A stretch of DNA of 12,112 nucleotides from Thermovirgaceae bacterium (GCA_046542505.1 JBKHBH010000065.1:1-12112), one strand, 5' to 3'. Positions 1 through 8,123 are shown, counted from the first letter of the stretch. Numbers and translations: made by a program. Notes: generated from the sequence alone by a model not told the origin.

Positions 1-479
1 TCCCCGTTTACAACAACACTGGAAAGGCCGTCGTGCGACCCTTTCAGGAGTGCCGTCGCGGTCCCCCTGTCGGTCGTAACAGACGCCTCGATTGAAATCC
101 CCACGGCTTCTTCAGCCAGACTGAATCCGATGCGCACGTCCCTGCAGAACTTTTCCGCCCGGGGGATGTCTTCAGGTGTGACACCTTTCAGGAGCCTGAG
201 TCCTTCTTCCGGCTTTCCGCAGAGAACGGAGAGCGCCACAGCAAGGTCAAGCCCACTTTTCATAGTCCCGGGAATTCCCACGGCCAGTGCATCCTTGTAA
301 ATATTTTTATCCATTCTCACGTGGATGTTTTTCGGCTCGCCGCCGATATACCTGTACGCCCAGGCAGCAGCAAGCGCGACAGCAACCGGATCAGTGCAGC
401 CCACGGTAACAAAGGTGTGTCGCTTCAGAGATTTCAGAAGGGCTTTCGACAGGCTTTCTTCTTCCTTGCTGGGACCCAT
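1..479 (-). CDS. L-cysteine desulfidase / serine dehydratase alpha-like family protein (CyuA/YhaM, UPF0597); 3' end runs off the window
   Basis: Not in the ORF track; translated by hand from ATG at 479: MGPSKEEESLSKALLKSLKRHTFVTVGCTDPVAVALAAAWAYRYIGGEPKNIHVRMDKNIYKDALAVGIPGTMKSGLDLAVALSVLCGKPEEGLRLLKGV..., open to position 1. GCT(D/E)P-x-AVALAAA, NIYK-x-A-x-x-VGIPGT and G-x-P-x-x-x-L-x-x-L match the family N-terminus. AGGAGG (488-493) lies 8 nt upstream and overlaps the dctM stop. Confidence 0.85.
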   Translation of the reverse strand, partial: MGPSKEEESLSKALLKSLKRHTFVTVGCTDPVAVALAAAWAYRYIGGEPKNIHVRMDKNIYKDALAVGIPGTMKSGLDLAVALSVLCGKPEEGLRLLKGVTPEDIPRAEKFCRDVRIGFSLAEEAVGISIEASVTTDRGTATALLKGSHDGLSSVVVNG

Positions 480-491
480 TTCATCAGCCTC

Positions 492-1790
492 CTACCTGAT
501 GCCGAGTACGAGCCGCGGCAGCCAAAGCGCCAGACCAGGCACATAGGTCGTGACTATGAGCGTCGGCAGCCAAGCGAACAACAGCATGTATGCCGTCGGC
601 TTGAGCATTTCGTTGATAGGCGAGTTTCCCACGCGGCCTCCAAGGTACAAGAGGGGTGCCGCAGGCGGCGTAATGTTTCCCATGCCAAGGTTCACTCCCA
701 CAATGGCGGCGAAATGAATAGGGCTGAACCCCAGTTGCACGACGATGGGGAGCAATATGGGCGTCGAGAGCAGGACGGCGCTCACATCGTCCATGAGCAT
801 GCCCATGATAATCATGAACACATTGAGCATGAGCAGAATGAAATATCTGTTTGGTGAAATCGCCGTCAGGATGTCCATAATCCTCCCCGGAAGATCCTCC
901 ATGATGTATAGCCTGCTGAGAATCATGACCGCGTAGAGCATGACCATGATAACTCCCGTGGTTGTGGCGGAATCGATGAGGACTTCCCTGAAAGACTTCC
1001 ATGTCAGCCCCCGGTAGATGAAAAACCCCACCGGAATGGCATAAAGAACAGCCACGGCGGCCGCTTCGGTAGGCGTCATGATGCCTCCGTAAATGCCACC
1101 GAGAACGATGACAGGCATGAACAGTGCGGGTATGGCCTTCTTGCCCCTGACGCGGAAGAGCTTCATCGTTTCTCCTGGTGCTCTTTTTTCGTCGAGGATC
1201 AGTGTTTTGCTGTTTCTGAGCAGGAACATGTTGATCAGCGATAACAGTATCGTAAGGATTATGCCGGGAATGACAGAGGACAAAAAACATGCCAGAACCG
1301 ACTGGTTGCCCACCCACGCGTAGAGGATCATGATTGCGCTCGGCGGAATGAGCATGCCTAAAACCGAGGCGTTTGCCAAAAGTGCCGCGGAATGACCTCT
1401 CGGATACCCAGCAGCGTTCAATCGAGGGAACATGATGGAACCGATACACGAAAGGGTTGCACAGGCGCTCCCGGTGATGGACCCGAACACGGCGCAGGAA
1501 ACCACGGCTACAACCCCGAGACCGCCTCGCACCCTGCCGACGAAGATATCCACCACGTCGACAAGCTTGTCGCCAATATTGCCGCGTTCCATGACCCCCC
1601 CGGCCATGATGAACAGCGGGATGGCCAGAAGCACGATTGTACTCATTTTGCTGAATCCGTATGGAAGAAGGAAACTTGGTGCGTAATCGCCGGCGAAGAG
1701 AAGGTATGTCGTGGATGCGAGAAACGCGAAAGGCACCGGAATGCCGATGATCAAGGCGACAAAGAGAACCAGCAATGCGAAAAGAACCAT
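492..1790 (-). CDS. dctM: TRAP transporter large permease subunit, 432 aa
   Basis: Highly hydrophobic, with DctM motifs LLAIPLFIMAG, FGSITGSACA, GMLIPPSAIMILY, TPTEAAA and GNITPP. GAGGGG RBS at 1800-1805. Follows dctP and dctQ. Confidence 0.96.
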   Translation of the reverse strand: MVLFALLVLFVALIIGIPVPFAFLASTTYLLFAGDYAPSFLLPYGFSKMSTIVLLAIPLFIMAGGVMERGNIGDKLVDVVDIFVGRVRGGLGVVAVVSCAVFGSITGSACATLSCIGSIMFPRLNAAGYPRGHSAALLANASVLGMLIPPSAIMILYAWVGNQSVLACFLSSVIPGIILTILLSLINMFLLRNSKTLILDEKRAPGETMKLFRVRGKKAIPALFMPVIVLGGIYGGIMTPTEAAAVAVLYAIPVGFFIYRGLTWKSFREVLIDSATTTGVIMVMLYAVMILSRLYIMEDLPGRIMDILTAISPNRYFILLMLNVFMIIMGMLMDDVSAVLLSTPILLPIVVQLGFSPIHFAAIVGVNLGMGNITPPAAPLLYLGGRVGNSPINEMLKPTAYMLLFAWLPTLIVTTYVPGLALWLPRLVLGIR

Positions 1791-1809
1791 GTATAACGAC
1801 CCCTCTCAA

Positions 1810-1848
1810 AACCCGCCCTTTCGGATTTTCCGGACTGAGGGCGAGGTT
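1810..1848 (-). other. Imperfect stem-loop in the dctQ-dctM intergenic region
   Basis: Minus strand reads AACCTCGCCCTcagTCCGGaaaatCCGAAAGGGCGGGTTTT. CGCCCT/AGGGCG and AACC/GGTT pair, and a short T-run follows just before the dctM RBS. Confidence 0.45.
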
Positions 1849-1869
1849 CTTTCCCTGTCATGTTGAAGA

Positions 1870-2439
1870 TCAAGAATCGCGCGTTCCCAGGTTTCCGGAC
1901 TTTCCTTTCCTGATGAAGGATGAAAGCATCCCGAGGTCCGCGAGAAGATCGAAGAAAAAATAGAAACTCATCATAAAAAATCCCAGGAAAACTGCAGTAT
2001 AGGAAACCACCTGGGGAATCCGCCAAACGGGGGTTCGGGCTCCCATCTGTACGCCGAACATGAAAAATTCATATCCCCACCAGGTAAAGAGCCCCGAGAG
2101 CCCAAAGGTTACGGCGGAACTGAAAGCCATCAGGGCCGCTTTCAAGCCGCCCTCGGGCACGTAAACGGAAACCAGGTCCGCTGTAATGTGGGTCCTCGTG
2201 TAGCTTCCGTAAGCACCTCCCGTAAAGTAAAGCCAGAAGGCGAAAATGACCACGATCTCCTCAAGTCCGTAAAGGTCGTTCTTGAAGACGTACCTCAACA
2301 CTACCGCTGTACCGATGGAAACCACGACGAACAAACTACATAAAATCAGAATGAAGCGCTGGATCTTCAGAAGGAACTCCCACACCGGATTGTTTATGAC
2401 CACCGGACGCGGCTCTTCATAACTGCAGGAATCGCTCAT
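1870..2439 (-). CDS. dctQ: TRAP transporter small permease subunit, 189 aa
   Basis: About four hydrophobic segments, with VVLRYVF, GLEEI and HITADL motifs typical of DctQ. Start moved from the track's 2550 to ATG 2439 (MSDSCSY...), which has AGGAGG at 2447-2452. Confidence 0.93.
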   Translation of the reverse strand: MSDSCSYEEPRPVVINNPVWEFLLKIQRFILILCSLFVVVSIGTAVVLRYVFKNDLYGLEEIVVIFAFWLYFTGGAYGSYTRTHITADLVSVYVPEGGLKAALMAFSSAVTFGLSGLFTWWGYEFFMFGVQMGARTPVWRIPQVVSYTAVFLGFFMMSFYFFFDLLADLGMLSSFIRKGKSGNLGTRDS

Positions 2440-2491
2440 ATGCGTCCCTCCTATCGGTGTTGCCTTGAGACACCACTGCGGACCGGGAATC

Positions 2492-2530
2492 CCGTCTGCC
2501 GGGATGACAGGCCGCCGACCCGGCAGACGG
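2492..2530 (-). other. Strong stem-loop between dctP and dctQ (mRNA-stabilising or attenuating)
   Basis: Perfect 12-bp inverted repeat CCGTCTGCCGGG (2492-2503) / CCCGGCAGACGG (2519-2530) with a 15-nt loop. No long U-tract follows on the minus strand. Confidence 0.7.
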
Positions 2531-2561
2531 AAACGTTCAAGCTCTTTCAAAAACCTTGCAG

Positions 2562-3581
2562 CTATTTCGTATACTCCTGGATCAGCTCGTCAATCAGTTC
2601 CTTGGTGAGGCGCTTTTCAAGCTTCGGCCATGTGACCTCACGTGCGTTTTCGGCAAGAAGCTCAAGCTCCTCAGCAGTGTACCAGTGACATTCGACTCCA
2701 TATTCCTCAAGTTTGTCGAAAAATTCCCGGTCTTCCTTCTCGGAAATCTCAAGGCTTTCGCGAGCCGCTCTTGCACAGGCTTCATCGATGATTTTTCGAT
2801 CTTCGGGGCTGAGCTTTTCGTAAACTTTCTTGCTCATAAGATAGGATTCTGTTTCAACGAAATTGTTGATCTGATAGTAGTACTTCAGCACGTCCCTGAA
2901 GCCCTGATAGGAATGGACTGGAGAACCGCCGGTCCATCCTTCGGCGACCCCCGTCTGGAGGGCTGTATAAAGTTCGGCGTAGGGGATTGAAATCGTTGTA
3001 TAACCCATGTCCTCGGCACCGACCTTGAAAGCGTCCATGGGCGGCACCCGAAGGAGGAGGTTCTTGGAGACCTTCGGGTTCAACACTTCGTTCGGTTCTT
3101 TTGTCAAGCCAAGACCACCAAATCCTTCGACGTTAAATCCCATGAAGTGGACACCCAGGTTGTCGTGAAGCTCGCCCATCTTGTTGAAAAGCCAGCCCTC
3201 AGCCTTGAAAACTTCCCTGGCCTCTTCGTAACTTCCCATGAGATAGGGGACATAGATAAGCTCCAGTCTCGAATCGAACTGGCTCGGGATGGAAATGAGC
3301 GCCATATCGATGGAGCCCCTGATCAGCTCCTCATAAACGAGAGTGTAATCTCCAAGCTGGCTCGCCGGATAGACCTTGATCTCGATCCTGCCCCCACTTG
3401 CCTCGTTTACCCAATTCGCCACTTTTTTCATACCCAGGGTAGACTGGTGGTCCACAGGGCTCTGCCCCGCCATCCGAAGCGTGATTTCAGCCGCGGAAAC
3501 CTCGTTCACAACCGGGCCCGCAAGAAATATCCCCAACGAAAACGCCGCCAGAACAAAAAGCATCGTTATCTTTCTTGCCAC
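2562..3581 (-). CDS. dctP: TRAP transporter substrate-binding protein DctP with signal peptide, about 339 aa
   Basis: Signal peptide ARKITMLFVLAAFSLGIFLAG...VSA; DctP motifs IKVYPASQLG, LRVPP (conserved Arg) and IPYAELYTALQTGVAEG. GTG at 3581 is preferred over the track's 3587 because GAGGTG (3589-3594) is 7 nt from it but only 1 nt from 3587. Confidence 0.94.
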   Translation of the reverse strand: MARKITMLFVLAAFSLGIFLAGPVVNEVSAAEITLRMAGQSPVDHQSTLGMKKVANWVNEASGGRIEIKVYPASQLGDYTLVYEELIRGSIDMALISIPSQFDSRLELIYVPYLMGSYEEAREVFKAEGWLFNKMGELHDNLGVHFMGFNVEGFGGLGLTKEPNEVLNPKVSKNLLLRVPPMDAFKVGAEDMGYTTISIPYAELYTALQTGVAEGWTGGSPVHSYQGFRDVLKYYYQINNFVETESYLMSKKVYEKLSPEDRKIIDEACARAARESLEISEKEDREFFDKLEEYGVECHWYTAEELELLAENAREVTWPKLEKRLTKELIDELIQEYTK

Positions 3582-3665
3582 GAACACTCACCTCACTCGT
3601 CAGTTTTCAGGGTCGATCGTCCATACAAGTGTGCCGTGTCGGTTCGGTCACCTTCGAAAGACCAC

Positions 3666-3722
3666 CTCCCCTTTTCTCGTAACATCGCGGCCCGGCAGGC
3701 CGCTTTTTTCGGAAAAAGGGAG
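3666..3722. other. Nested stem-loop immediately downstream of the AOR stop codon
   Basis: Inner GCGGCC-cggca-GGCCGC (3687-3703) is followed by T6 on the + strand. Outer arms CTCCCCTTTTC (3666-3676) and GAAAAAGGGAG (3712-3722) pair with one G-U on the minus-strand transcript. Confidence 0.6.
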
Positions 3723-3725
3723 TTT

Positions 3726-5567
3726 TCAGAATTCGAGCCATTCTGTAAACTCCCCTATACCCAACTCTTCCAACAGGTTCTTTTTCGGACGGCCCCTTTC
3801 ATCCCACCCCCTGTAGCGGTAATATTCTTCGAGTTGCATCTCGAGGTCGGGAAGCGTATTCGGTGAGCCACCAGTCCCCCGCGGTTCTTCAAGGATCCGT
3901 CTAGGGAGGGTGTCGTCCTTTCGGTCAAGCCCCATGCCGACGTTGTACAGCCGTTTCATTGTTGTTATGCGCCTCCCGGTTTCAAGCAGCTCTTCCGGGG
4001 AGACATCCCAGCCGGTAACACTTTTCAGCCAGTTAGAGAGCGTCTCGACCTTCACGCCGAGAATGAGCGGAAATTTGCATATTTTTACCGAATCTGCGAT
4101 ACACATAAGATCCTGAAATCTTGCCGTCATTTCGCCTTTTCCCTTATCCTGGGCCCTCTCGACGGTCTTTTCGTAGCCGAATTCCGGAAACGTCGCCGAA
4201 CGTTCCCAGGGATAGGTAAAGCTCGACAGGTGGCAGGCGCCTCTGCTTGAAGTGGCGTAGCCGCATGCAAGCCCCTTGAAACAGCGTGGGTCGTGGGCGG
4301 GAAGTTCCATTCCCTTCGTCTGGATTGCAAATTCCCCTGCGCCATTGCCAATAAGCGCCGCAGCCTTGCGGGTACCTTGACCCAGGACCTTGCCGAACCC
4401 CCTGCCTTCAGCGATATCCTTCACCATTTCAATGAGTGCCTCACCATCACCCCAGCGAAGGGGTCGGCCAATATCCTTTTCCGAAACGATCCTCGACTCG
4501 TAAAGTTCCATTCCGAAGGCGATCGCAGATCCTGTGGAAATGGTGTCCATTCCCCATCGGTTGCAAAGGTCGTTGGCTCTGGCCACCATTTCAAGATTGT
4601 CTACCAGGCAGGAACTCCCAAGCATTGCGAGGCTTTCGTACTCTGGGCCGGCAACTTCTTCTCCATCGAGTCTCACTTCTCGGCCACACCTGATCGGACA
4701 CGCTACGCAACCGTAATTGGACGAAAGGATATTTTCCGCCATGGTCTGGCCGGAAAGGGCGCTTGCGGTTTCCGGTCCGCTCCCAAGTTTCCAGTTTTTC
4801 AGGGGCAAATCACCCGATTTCTCGGCGTTTTCCATTCCGCCTGCTGTACCGTAGAGATTCAGGCCTGCCCCCTTTTCCTTAAGAAGCTCATTCATGGGAA
4901 TGATCGTTTCGGTCAATTTGCTCCGGTCCGCAAAATTGACGCTTTTGCCGCCCCGGACGACGACGGCCTTGAGCTTTTTTGACCCCATGACGGCACCCAG
5001 GCCACCCCTCCCGGCCGCCCGCGCATGCGGGCCATCATGGAAAATTCCTGCAAGGGGAAGCAACCGCTCTCCTGCCGGACCGATGCAGGAGACGCCTGCA
5101 TCATTCGCTATCTTTTCCCTGATGGCCTTTTCGGTTTCAAAGGTGTCAAGCCCCCAGCAGAAAGATGCATCTACAAGACGGATGTCTCCGTCCTCCAGAA
5201 CAATAGCGACAGGTTTTTCTGATTTGCCGGTAATGACAAGCCCGTCGAAACCCGCCCTCCTGAAGTGGAATCCGAAACTGCCTCCTGCGTCCGCCTCGCC
5301 AAAGGCACCAGTTAATGGGGATCGGGCTGTAATCTGGTGTCTGCCTGATGTCGGGATTCCGGAGCCCATGAAAGGCCCCGTCATGTAAATGAGGGGACTG
5401 TCAGGGTGAAAAGGTTCGAGGCCGGCCTTTCCCTTGCTCAGGAGGAAATAGGTTCCCATTCCGGAACCGCCGATGTACTTCCTGGCGAACTCTTCATCGA
5501 AGACTTGCGTTTCCGACGAAAGTGAGGACAGGTCGATTAAAGCGATCTTTCCGAAGTATCCATTCAT
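3726..5567 (-). CDS. aor: Aldehyde:ferredoxin oxidoreductase family protein (W-pterin, 4Fe-4S), 613 aa
   Basis: Motifs GYFGKIALIDLS, RSPLTG, CIGPAGE, AAGRGGLGAVMGSKKLKAV, CVACPIRC (CxxCxxxC) plus distal GACH, GPEYES, GMDTIS, DTLPRR and YYRYRGWD. True start is ATG 5567 with AGGAG at 5575-5579; the track's 5699 start overlaps the upstream gene. Confidence 0.95.
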   Translation of the reverse strand: MNGYFGKIALIDLSSLSSETQVFDEEFARKYIGGSGMGTYFLLSKGKAGLEPFHPDSPLIYMTGPFMGSGIPTSGRHQITARSPLTGAFGEADAGGSFGFHFRRAGFDGLVITGKSEKPVAIVLEDGDIRLVDASFCWGLDTFETEKAIREKIANDAGVSCIGPAGERLLPLAGIFHDGPHARAAGRGGLGAVMGSKKLKAVVVRGGKSVNFADRSKLTETIIPMNELLKEKGAGLNLYGTAGGMENAEKSGDLPLKNWKLGSGPETASALSGQTMAENILSSNYGCVACPIRCGREVRLDGEEVAGPEYESLAMLGSSCLVDNLEMVARANDLCNRWGMDTISTGSAIAFGMELYESRIVSEKDIGRPLRWGDGEALIEMVKDIAEGRGFGKVLGQGTRKAAALIGNGAGEFAIQTKGMELPAHDPRCFKGLACGYATSSRGACHLSSFTYPWERSATFPEFGYEKTVERAQDKGKGEMTARFQDLMCIADSVKICKFPLILGVKVETLSNWLKSVTGWDVSPEELLETGRRITTMKRLYNVGMGLDRKDDTLPRRILEEPRGTGGSPNTLPDLEMQLEEYYRYRGWDERGRPKKNLLEELGIGEFTEWLEF

Positions 5568-5588
5568 GGCGTTTCTCCTTCCAGGTTC

Positions 5589-5618
5589 CGGGTCGACGGC
5601 TGTCCCGTCAGCGACCCG
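5589..5618 (-). other. GC-rich stem-loop overlapping the opine dehydrogenase stop codon
   Basis: On the + strand CGGGTC-GACGG-ctgtc-CCGTC-agc-GACCCG, an 11-bp stem with a 3-nt bulge, just upstream of the AOR RBS. Confidence 0.45.
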
Positions 5619-6705
5619 ACGCGATGATCTCTTCCATGCTCTTGTCCGCCAGGCCGAGCTTCTCGAGGTTGCGCCCCTCGCCGAAGTAATCCCGGTCATG
5701 CAGAAGGGAGGCCAGCTTCACGCACATCTTTGTGAGGGGCATTTCTACCTTGCATTTCCGGCCAAGCTCAACATATGGGGCAAGAAGATACGGGGCGTCC
5801 TCCGTAATGTAACGGCTTCTTACGTTGTGTCCGACGATATCCTTGTAGGGGCTTTCGTCGCTTTCCACATATTCAAGTATGCTTCCCGCGTCATTGCGCC
5901 CGTAGTACGCCTTCAGCTGTTCCAGGGTTGAAACCAGATTCACTCCACAGGCTTCACCCAGTGCAAGCCGCTCGTTGTCCATTTCCTCCATCTTCTGCGA
6001 AACAAGAGGAGAAATGCCGTCCATATAGTGGCGGAACCCGGAAGGGTTCTTTTCGATGGCACCGATGTTAAGAAGCGCCGGAAGGGGGTGAAGAACGGAG
6101 TTAAAATTGTCGAGCCCTGTTTCCAGGACATTTCCGGAGGGGATGTAGTCTGTTACACCCCGGAAGACGTCATTGACTATTTCGAGCACTTCACTGTTCG
6201 ACGCGCCGGGCGTCGTGGCAATTTTCAGCGTCAATTTCTTTTTGTGGATCATAACGGTGCAGGGGCCGGTAGTTCGGCACGCATAGGGCAAAGACGCCGT
6301 TTCCGATATGGATACCTGCGCCGTGCATCCCTGCTCGGCCATCATCTTCTTGAGTACGAAAGCACCGAAATTCCCCGGAACGATAATGACATGCAGGCCG
6401 TTTTGCAGGTGAGGGATCATTTTCGAGAAAATCGGTTCATGGGCAAAAGAGGGAACAATAACGAAAACCACATCGGCTCCCTTCATCGCCTCTGCGATGT
6501 CAGTCGTGATATCAAGGATAGGGCCGCCTGTGCTGACATCGCCCACAAGCTCCATTTCCCGCTTTTCTTTCAAAACACGAAAAGCATCATTTTCTTCCAG
6601 GGGTTCGTAAAGCTTCACGGGATACCCCTTTCCCGCAATTTGCCCGCAAAAGGCCTTGCCTCCGTTCCCACTGCCCAAAACAGCAAAAACTTTTTGATCA
6701 GCCAT
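5608..6705 (-). CDS. NAD/NADP-dependent octopine/nopaline (opine) dehydrogenase family protein, 365 aa
   Basis: Rossmann motif AVLGSGNGG; family motifs VPSFAH, ETASLPYACR, LDNFNSVLHP, MDNERLALG and SRYITEDAPY. AGGAGG RBS 7 nt upstream of ATG 6705. Confidence 0.9.
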   Translation of the reverse strand: MADQKVFAVLGSGNGGKAFCGQIAGKGYPVKLYEPLEENDAFRVLKEKREMELVGDVSTGGPILDITTDIAEAMKGADVVFVIVPSFAHEPIFSKMIPHLQNGLHVIIVPGNFGAFVLKKMMAEQGCTAQVSISETASLPYACRTTGPCTVMIHKKKLTLKIATTPGASNSEVLEIVNDVFRGVTDYIPSGNVLETGLDNFNSVLHPLPALLNIGAIEKNPSGFRHYMDGISPLVSQKMEEMDNERLALGEACGVNLVSTLEQLKAYYGRNDAGSILEYVESDESPYKDIVGHNVRSRYITEDAPYLLAPYVELGRKCKVEMPLTKMCVKLASLLHDRDYFGEGRNLEKLGLADKSMEEIIASGR

Positions 6706-6741
6706 ATTGTTTCCTCCTTCTTGAGTGGGCCCGCAATTTCT

Positions 6742-7962
6742 TCAGATGCGGACCAGGGTTCCGTCCCACATGGAACGGACAAACCGGGCGGCTTCTTCTG
6801 AACTCATCGGCCTGGGGTTCTTGACCCGGTAGTATGTTTCCACAAGCTGCTTCGCGTACTCACCTATCCTGCTTTCCTCAATTCCCAGATCTTTCAGGGA
6901 GGAAGGCATGCCAACACTCTCGACGAGGCTCTTGAATTCGGAAACGACTTTTTCGGCGACCTCGTCGTCGGAGCCGGCTGCATTGGGCGCAACAACGGGC
7001 GCCAGTTTCACGAGGCTTTCTTTCATGGATTCGAAATTGAACATGAATGTGTAGGGAAGGGCGAGACCACACCCCAGGCCATGGGCATGACCACCCTCCA
7101 GGGTAAGGATGTAGGACATGCTATGGGCATAAAGACCTCCGCCCTGGGTGTATGACATCATTCCGAAGACCGAGGCGAAAGACATATAATATCTCGCGTC
7201 GAGATCCATCCCGTTTTCGACGGCTTTGGGAAGGTACGTGAAGACATATTCCACGCATTTCGAGGTCAGCGCTTCAGTGACAGGAACGGTCTTTCCTATC
7301 ATTCCTTCCATGCCGTGGCTCAAAGCATCAAGCCCCGTGGCCGCCGTCACTTTCGGCGGCATTGTCACCGTAAGAAGGGGGTCCACAAGAGCGACGGTCC
7401 CGTACACATAGGGGTTTCCGACAAAGAGCTTCCTGTCTTTCTCGCTTGCCACGATATAGGGGCTTACTTCACTTCCGGTGCCTGAAGTTGTGGGCATGAG
7501 AATGCAGGGAAGACCTTCACGCTCGAAGGGCTCGCCCGTAAGGTAGTCCTTGATATCTCCGGTGTTCGTGCCTGTCACGGCTGCTGTCTTGGCCATGTCC
7601 ATGGGGCTCCCTCCGCCCAACCCTACGACTGCTTCAAAGCGGTCACTCCGCACGGCGTCCTGAACCCTGCGGCAAGTCGAAAGATGAGGCTCCGGCTCCA
7701 CGTCATCAAAAAGCACTACCTCAAGGCCCGCATCCCTGATCGAATCAGACACGACCTTTTCGGTTCCAAGTGCGACCATGGTCTTGTCGCTTACCAGAAG
7801 CACTTTCCCGCCCTGGCAGAATTTCGCCACTTCTTCGCCGGCTTCTTTCGCAAGGCCGTATCCGACGGCAAGCCTGCCGAGAGGCTTGACCCCCACAGTC
7901 CTGAACTCCGTAATCCCGGAAAGCCTTTCAGGAACCCTTTCCAGCAAAAATTCGTATTCCAT
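6742..7962 (-). CDS. Iron-containing (family III) alcohol dehydrogenase, 406 aa
   Basis: Motifs LVSD, VEPEP, GLGGGSPMD, PTTSGTGSEV, DPLLT and metal ligands in DALSH, YAHS and AHG. Start moved from the track's 8007 to ATG 7962, with AGGAGG at 7973-7978. Confidence 0.93.
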   Translation of the reverse strand: MEYEFLLERVPERLSGITEFRTVGVKPLGRLAVGYGLAKEAGEEVAKFCQGGKVLLVSDKTMVALGTEKVVSDSIRDAGLEVVLFDDVEPEPHLSTCRRVQDAVRSDRFEAVVGLGGGSPMDMAKTAAVTGTNTGDIKDYLTGEPFEREGLPCILMPTTSGTGSEVSPYIVASEKDRKLFVGNPYVYGTVALVDPLLTVTMPPKVTAATGLDALSHGMEGMIGKTVPVTEALTSKCVEYVFTYLPKAVENGMDLDARYYMSFASVFGMMSYTQGGGLYAHSMSYILTLEGGHAHGLGCGLALPYTFMFNFESMKESLVKLAPVVAPNAAGSDDEVAEKVVSEFKSLVESVGMPSSLKDLGIEESRIGEYAKQLVETYYRVKNPRPMSSEEAARFVRSMWDGTLVRI

Positions 7963-8051
7963 GACATCCGAACCTCCTTCGGCTTCTTGTGTTCTATACA
8001 ACGACATATCAGTGCATAAACATCTTGACGTGGCAGGCGAGAGTAGCTATG

Positions 8052-8080
8052 ACTATATATTCTGACTTGTATGCCAACAA
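8052..8080 (-). promoter_or_regulatory. Putative sigma70-type promoter of the catabolic cluster
   Basis: Minus strand TTGTTG (8080-8075), 17-nt spacer, TATAGT (8057-8052). The -10 matches 5/6 and the -35 is weak, as expected of an activator-dependent promoter. Confidence 0.6.
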
Positions 8081-8123
8081 TGGAACGGGAACACAAAACA
8101 GAGGTTGAAAGGGGGTCTTGTTT

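Noticed and set aside
484..1809. 441-aa ORF overlapping dctM on the same strand in a shifted frame
   Set aside because: It is Arg/His-rich with no recognisable motif or SD. In this frame a stop needs a T-ending codon followed by an AA/AG/GA-starting codon, and those are scarce in a hydrophobic membrane-protein gene, so a long shadow frame is expected.
2440..2550. N-terminal extensions given by the ORF track for dctQ (also aor 5568-5699 and the ADH 7963-8007)
   Set aside because: Each has a better downstream start with a well-spaced SD. The extensions run through a hairpin, the upstream gene or the RBS.
321..8065. Numerous + strand ORFs antisense to the operon (e.g. 321-857, 3147-3866, 4293-4982, 6028-6801)
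   Set aside because: They lie opposite well-supported genes, have no family motifs, and are typical antisense shadows in moderately GC-rich DNA.
8060..8077. TTGGCAT on the minus strand as a sigma54 -24 box
   Set aside because: There is no TTGC at the -12 position (it reads TCAG), and the adjacent regulator has no AAA+ domain.
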